From contig CAWJCX010000043.1 of the NCBI GenBank assembly GCA_963841395.1, positions 228,171 through 292,170 of the forward strand: DNA of 64,000 nt, read 5' to 3'. Below the pieces are notes generated by a model that worked only from the letters and a program-made list of their open reading frames with translations, searched no databases and had not been told where the DNA came from. Origin of the DNA: an uncultured Actinomycetota bacterium. Lineage in GTDB: Bacteria > Actinomycetota > Actinomycetes > Mycobacteriales > Pseudonocardiaceae. The stretch's first letter is position 1. The number at the start of each line of letters is the position of its first letter. The translations under genes and the position numbers were made by a program. This document shows, piece by piece, positions 62,090-64,000 of the stretch.

Positions 62090-63528
62090 ACCTGGCAGAC
62101 CGGTTCCTCGGTGGGGCCAGGAGCCTGCGCACCCGCCTGCTCATGGCCTTCGTGCTGCTCGGCGTGAGCACCGCCGTGCTCGTCGCCGGCGTCGACTACG
62201 TCCTGGCGCGCGACGTCATCCTGCAGAAGACACAGGACACCGCGGTGCTGACGATGACCGAACGGATCGAGACCCTGTTCCCACTCGGCGAAATGCCGCT
62301 CAGCCAAGCCACGCTCGACGAGATCGCCGGCCGGTTGTCCGACCGCGAGGACACCGCGGTCGCCGTCTTCCGGGACCTCCGGTCGGCGGGCAACCCGGGC
62401 CCGGAAGCGCTGCCACCGGAGCTGCGGCACGCGGTACGCGGGGGACATGTCGCGTGGCAACGGGTGTCGGTGGACGGTCACCCCGTCCTGGTCATCGGCA
62501 CCCAGGTGAGACTCGTCCAGCCGGGCGGGGCCACGCAGTCGGCGGAGCTGGAGGTCTACTCCGTGCGCAGCCTGGAACCCGAGCAGGAGAGCATCGGCCG
62601 GCTCGCCACCCAGGCATGGCTCACCGGCGCGATGGCCCTGATGTTCGCCGTGCTGCTGGCGCTGCTGGCCGGCCGCGGTGTACTCGGCCCGGTGCGCGAG
62701 CTGCGCCGGGCGACCAACCGGCTGGGGGAGGGGGACCTGACTGCTCGCGCACGGGTCAGCGGCACCGACGAGCTGGCCGACGTCGCACGCACGTTCAACA
62801 ACACCGCGGAGACGCTGGAGCGGCAGTTCGGCGAACTGCGCCGGATGGAGGCCGAGGCGCGGCGGTTCGTGGCCGACGTGTCCCACGAGCTGCGCACCCC
62901 GCTGGCCGCGATGACCGCGGTCACCGACATCCTCGACGACGAGGCGCAACGCCTGCCGGGTGACGCCGGCCGGGCCGCCCGCCTGGTCGGCGAGGAGACC
63001 GGCAAGCTCACCCGGCTGGTCAACGACCTCATCGAGGTCAGCCGGTTCGACGCCGGCACCGCGACCCTCGCGCTCGACGACGTCGACGTCGCCGAGGCGA
63101 TCCGCGCGACCCTGCGCGCCCGTGGCTGGTCCGACCGCGTGGAGACCGACCTGCCGCTCGACGTCGTGGCACGCCTGGACCCCCGCCGGCTGGACGTGAT
63201 CGTCGCGAACCTGGTCGGCAACGCGCTCCGGCACGGCGCGCCCCCGGTGTCCGTGCGGACGCACGTCCGGCCGGACCGGCTGGACATCGAGGTCGGCGAC
63301 GGCGGACCGGGGCTCGCCGCGGACGTGCTGCCGCACGTGTTCGACCGGTTCTACAAGGCCGACACCGCCAGGGCCCGCTCCGAGGGAAGCGGCCTCGGCC
63401 TGGCGATCGCGCGGGAGAACGCCCGGTTGCACGGCGGCGACCTGACCGCCGAGAACCGTCCCGCCGCCGGGGCGCTGTTCACCGTCCACCTGCCGCGGCC
63501 GGCCGGCGAACCCGGAGACAGCCGATGA
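62086..63528 (+). CDS. afsQ2: HAMP sensor histidine kinase, AfsQ2-like
   Basis: Two TM segments, HAMP, DVSHELRTPL, NLVGNALRHG, DGGPG, GSGLGLAI. Confidence 0.88.
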   Translation: MNLADRFLGGARSLRTRLLMAFVLLGVSTAVLVAGVDYVLARDVILQKTQDTAVLTMTERIETLFPLGEMPLSQATLDEIAGRLSDREDTAVAVFRDLRSAGNPGPEALPPELRHAVRGGHVAWQRVSVDGHPVLVIGTQVRLVQPGGATQSAELEVYSVRSLEPEQESIGRLATQAWLTGAMALMFAVLLALLAGRGVLGPVRELRRATNRLGEGDLTARARVSGTDELADVARTFNNTAETLERQFGELRRMEAEARRFVADVSHELRTPLAAMTAVTDILDDEAQRLPGDAGRAARLVGEETGKLTRLVNDLIEVSRFDAGTATLALDDVDVAEAIRATLRARGWSDRVETDLPLDVVARLDPRRLDVIVANLVGNALRHGAPPVSVRTHVRPDRLDIEVGDGGPGLAADVLPHVFDRFYKADTARARSEGSGLGLAIARENARLHGGDLTAENRPAAGALFTVHLPRPAGEPGDSR

Positions 63529-64000
63529 CGCGACGACACCTGCTCGCCTGGGTGGTGCTGACCGCCGTGCTCAGCGCCGGCTGCGGGGTGCGGCCGAGCG
63601 GAGTGATCACCGGTGGGCCCGCACCCACCGGACCGGCGCTCGTCCAGCCTGGCTCGCCGCCGGTACGGGGGGAGGGCGCGGACATCTACCTCCTCGCCGG
63701 CTCCGCGCTGAAGCCGGTGCATCGCCCGACGCGCCTGCGTCCGTCGCCCACGCAGACTCTGGCGTTGCTCCAGGAGGGGCCCGACGACGACGAGCGGGCC
63801 GCGAAGCTGACGAGCGAGGTTCCCACCGGACTCGACCCGGTCACCGTCACCACCGATGGGTCCGGCAAGGTCGAGGTCGTCGTGACGGCCGACGTCACGA
63901 CGCTCTCCGCCGCGGCCGTTGACCAGATCGTGTGCACGGTCCGCGACGCGCTGTCCACCACCGCGCCGATCACCCTCACCAGCGGCGCGGCGACCCGAGG
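63525..64000 (+). CDS. Accessory lipoprotein (AfsQ3-like), runs off the window
   Basis: MTRRHLLAWVVLTAVLSAGCGVRPSGVI lipobox; ATGA overlap with the kinase. Confidence 0.75.
   Translation, partial: MTRRHLLAWVVLTAVLSAGCGVRPSGVITGGPAPTGPALVQPGSPPVRGEGADIYLLAGSALKPVHRPTRLRPSPTQTLALLQEGPDDDERAAKLTSEVPTGLDPVTVTTDGSGKVEVVVTADVTTLSAAAVDQIVCTVRDALSTTAPITLTSGAATR

Overview
High-GC actinomycete DNA in five blocks. (1) 1-16354: tail of an NRPS cluster with MbtH, two NRPS genes carrying eroded A domains and a terminal C domain, a double acyl-CoA dehydrogenase, an MFS transporter, a heme-oxygenase-like diiron enzyme and a stand-alone A domain. The first ~10.6 kb has many single-base frameshifts that look like sequencing errors. 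(2) 17952-36530: an apparently uncharacterised RiPP locus. A 41-aa acidic precursor precedes radical SAM, prolyl oligopeptidase, glycosyltransferase, DUF6895-like and MFS genes. These are joined by a cyclase/S8 protease/GAF/ATP-grasp operon, YcaO-TfuA, a second DUF6895-like gene, a SARP and two more small peptides. (3) 36757-43897: secreted proteins, including two cell-wall-hydrolase-like proteins with near-identical FG-GAP tails, and an AfsR-like SARP. (4) 44593-51874: an island with visibly more A/T in which a TIR-NACHT-pentapeptide-WD40 (NLR-like) gene is coupled to tyrA and followed by a divergent pheA, a methyltransferase and a convergent stand-alone condensation domain. (5) 52371-64000: decayed genes, an ABC exporter pair, and a vanY-alr-ddl operon divergent from an AfsQ1/Q2/Q3-like system. 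All calls come from reading motifs by eye; no searches were run.
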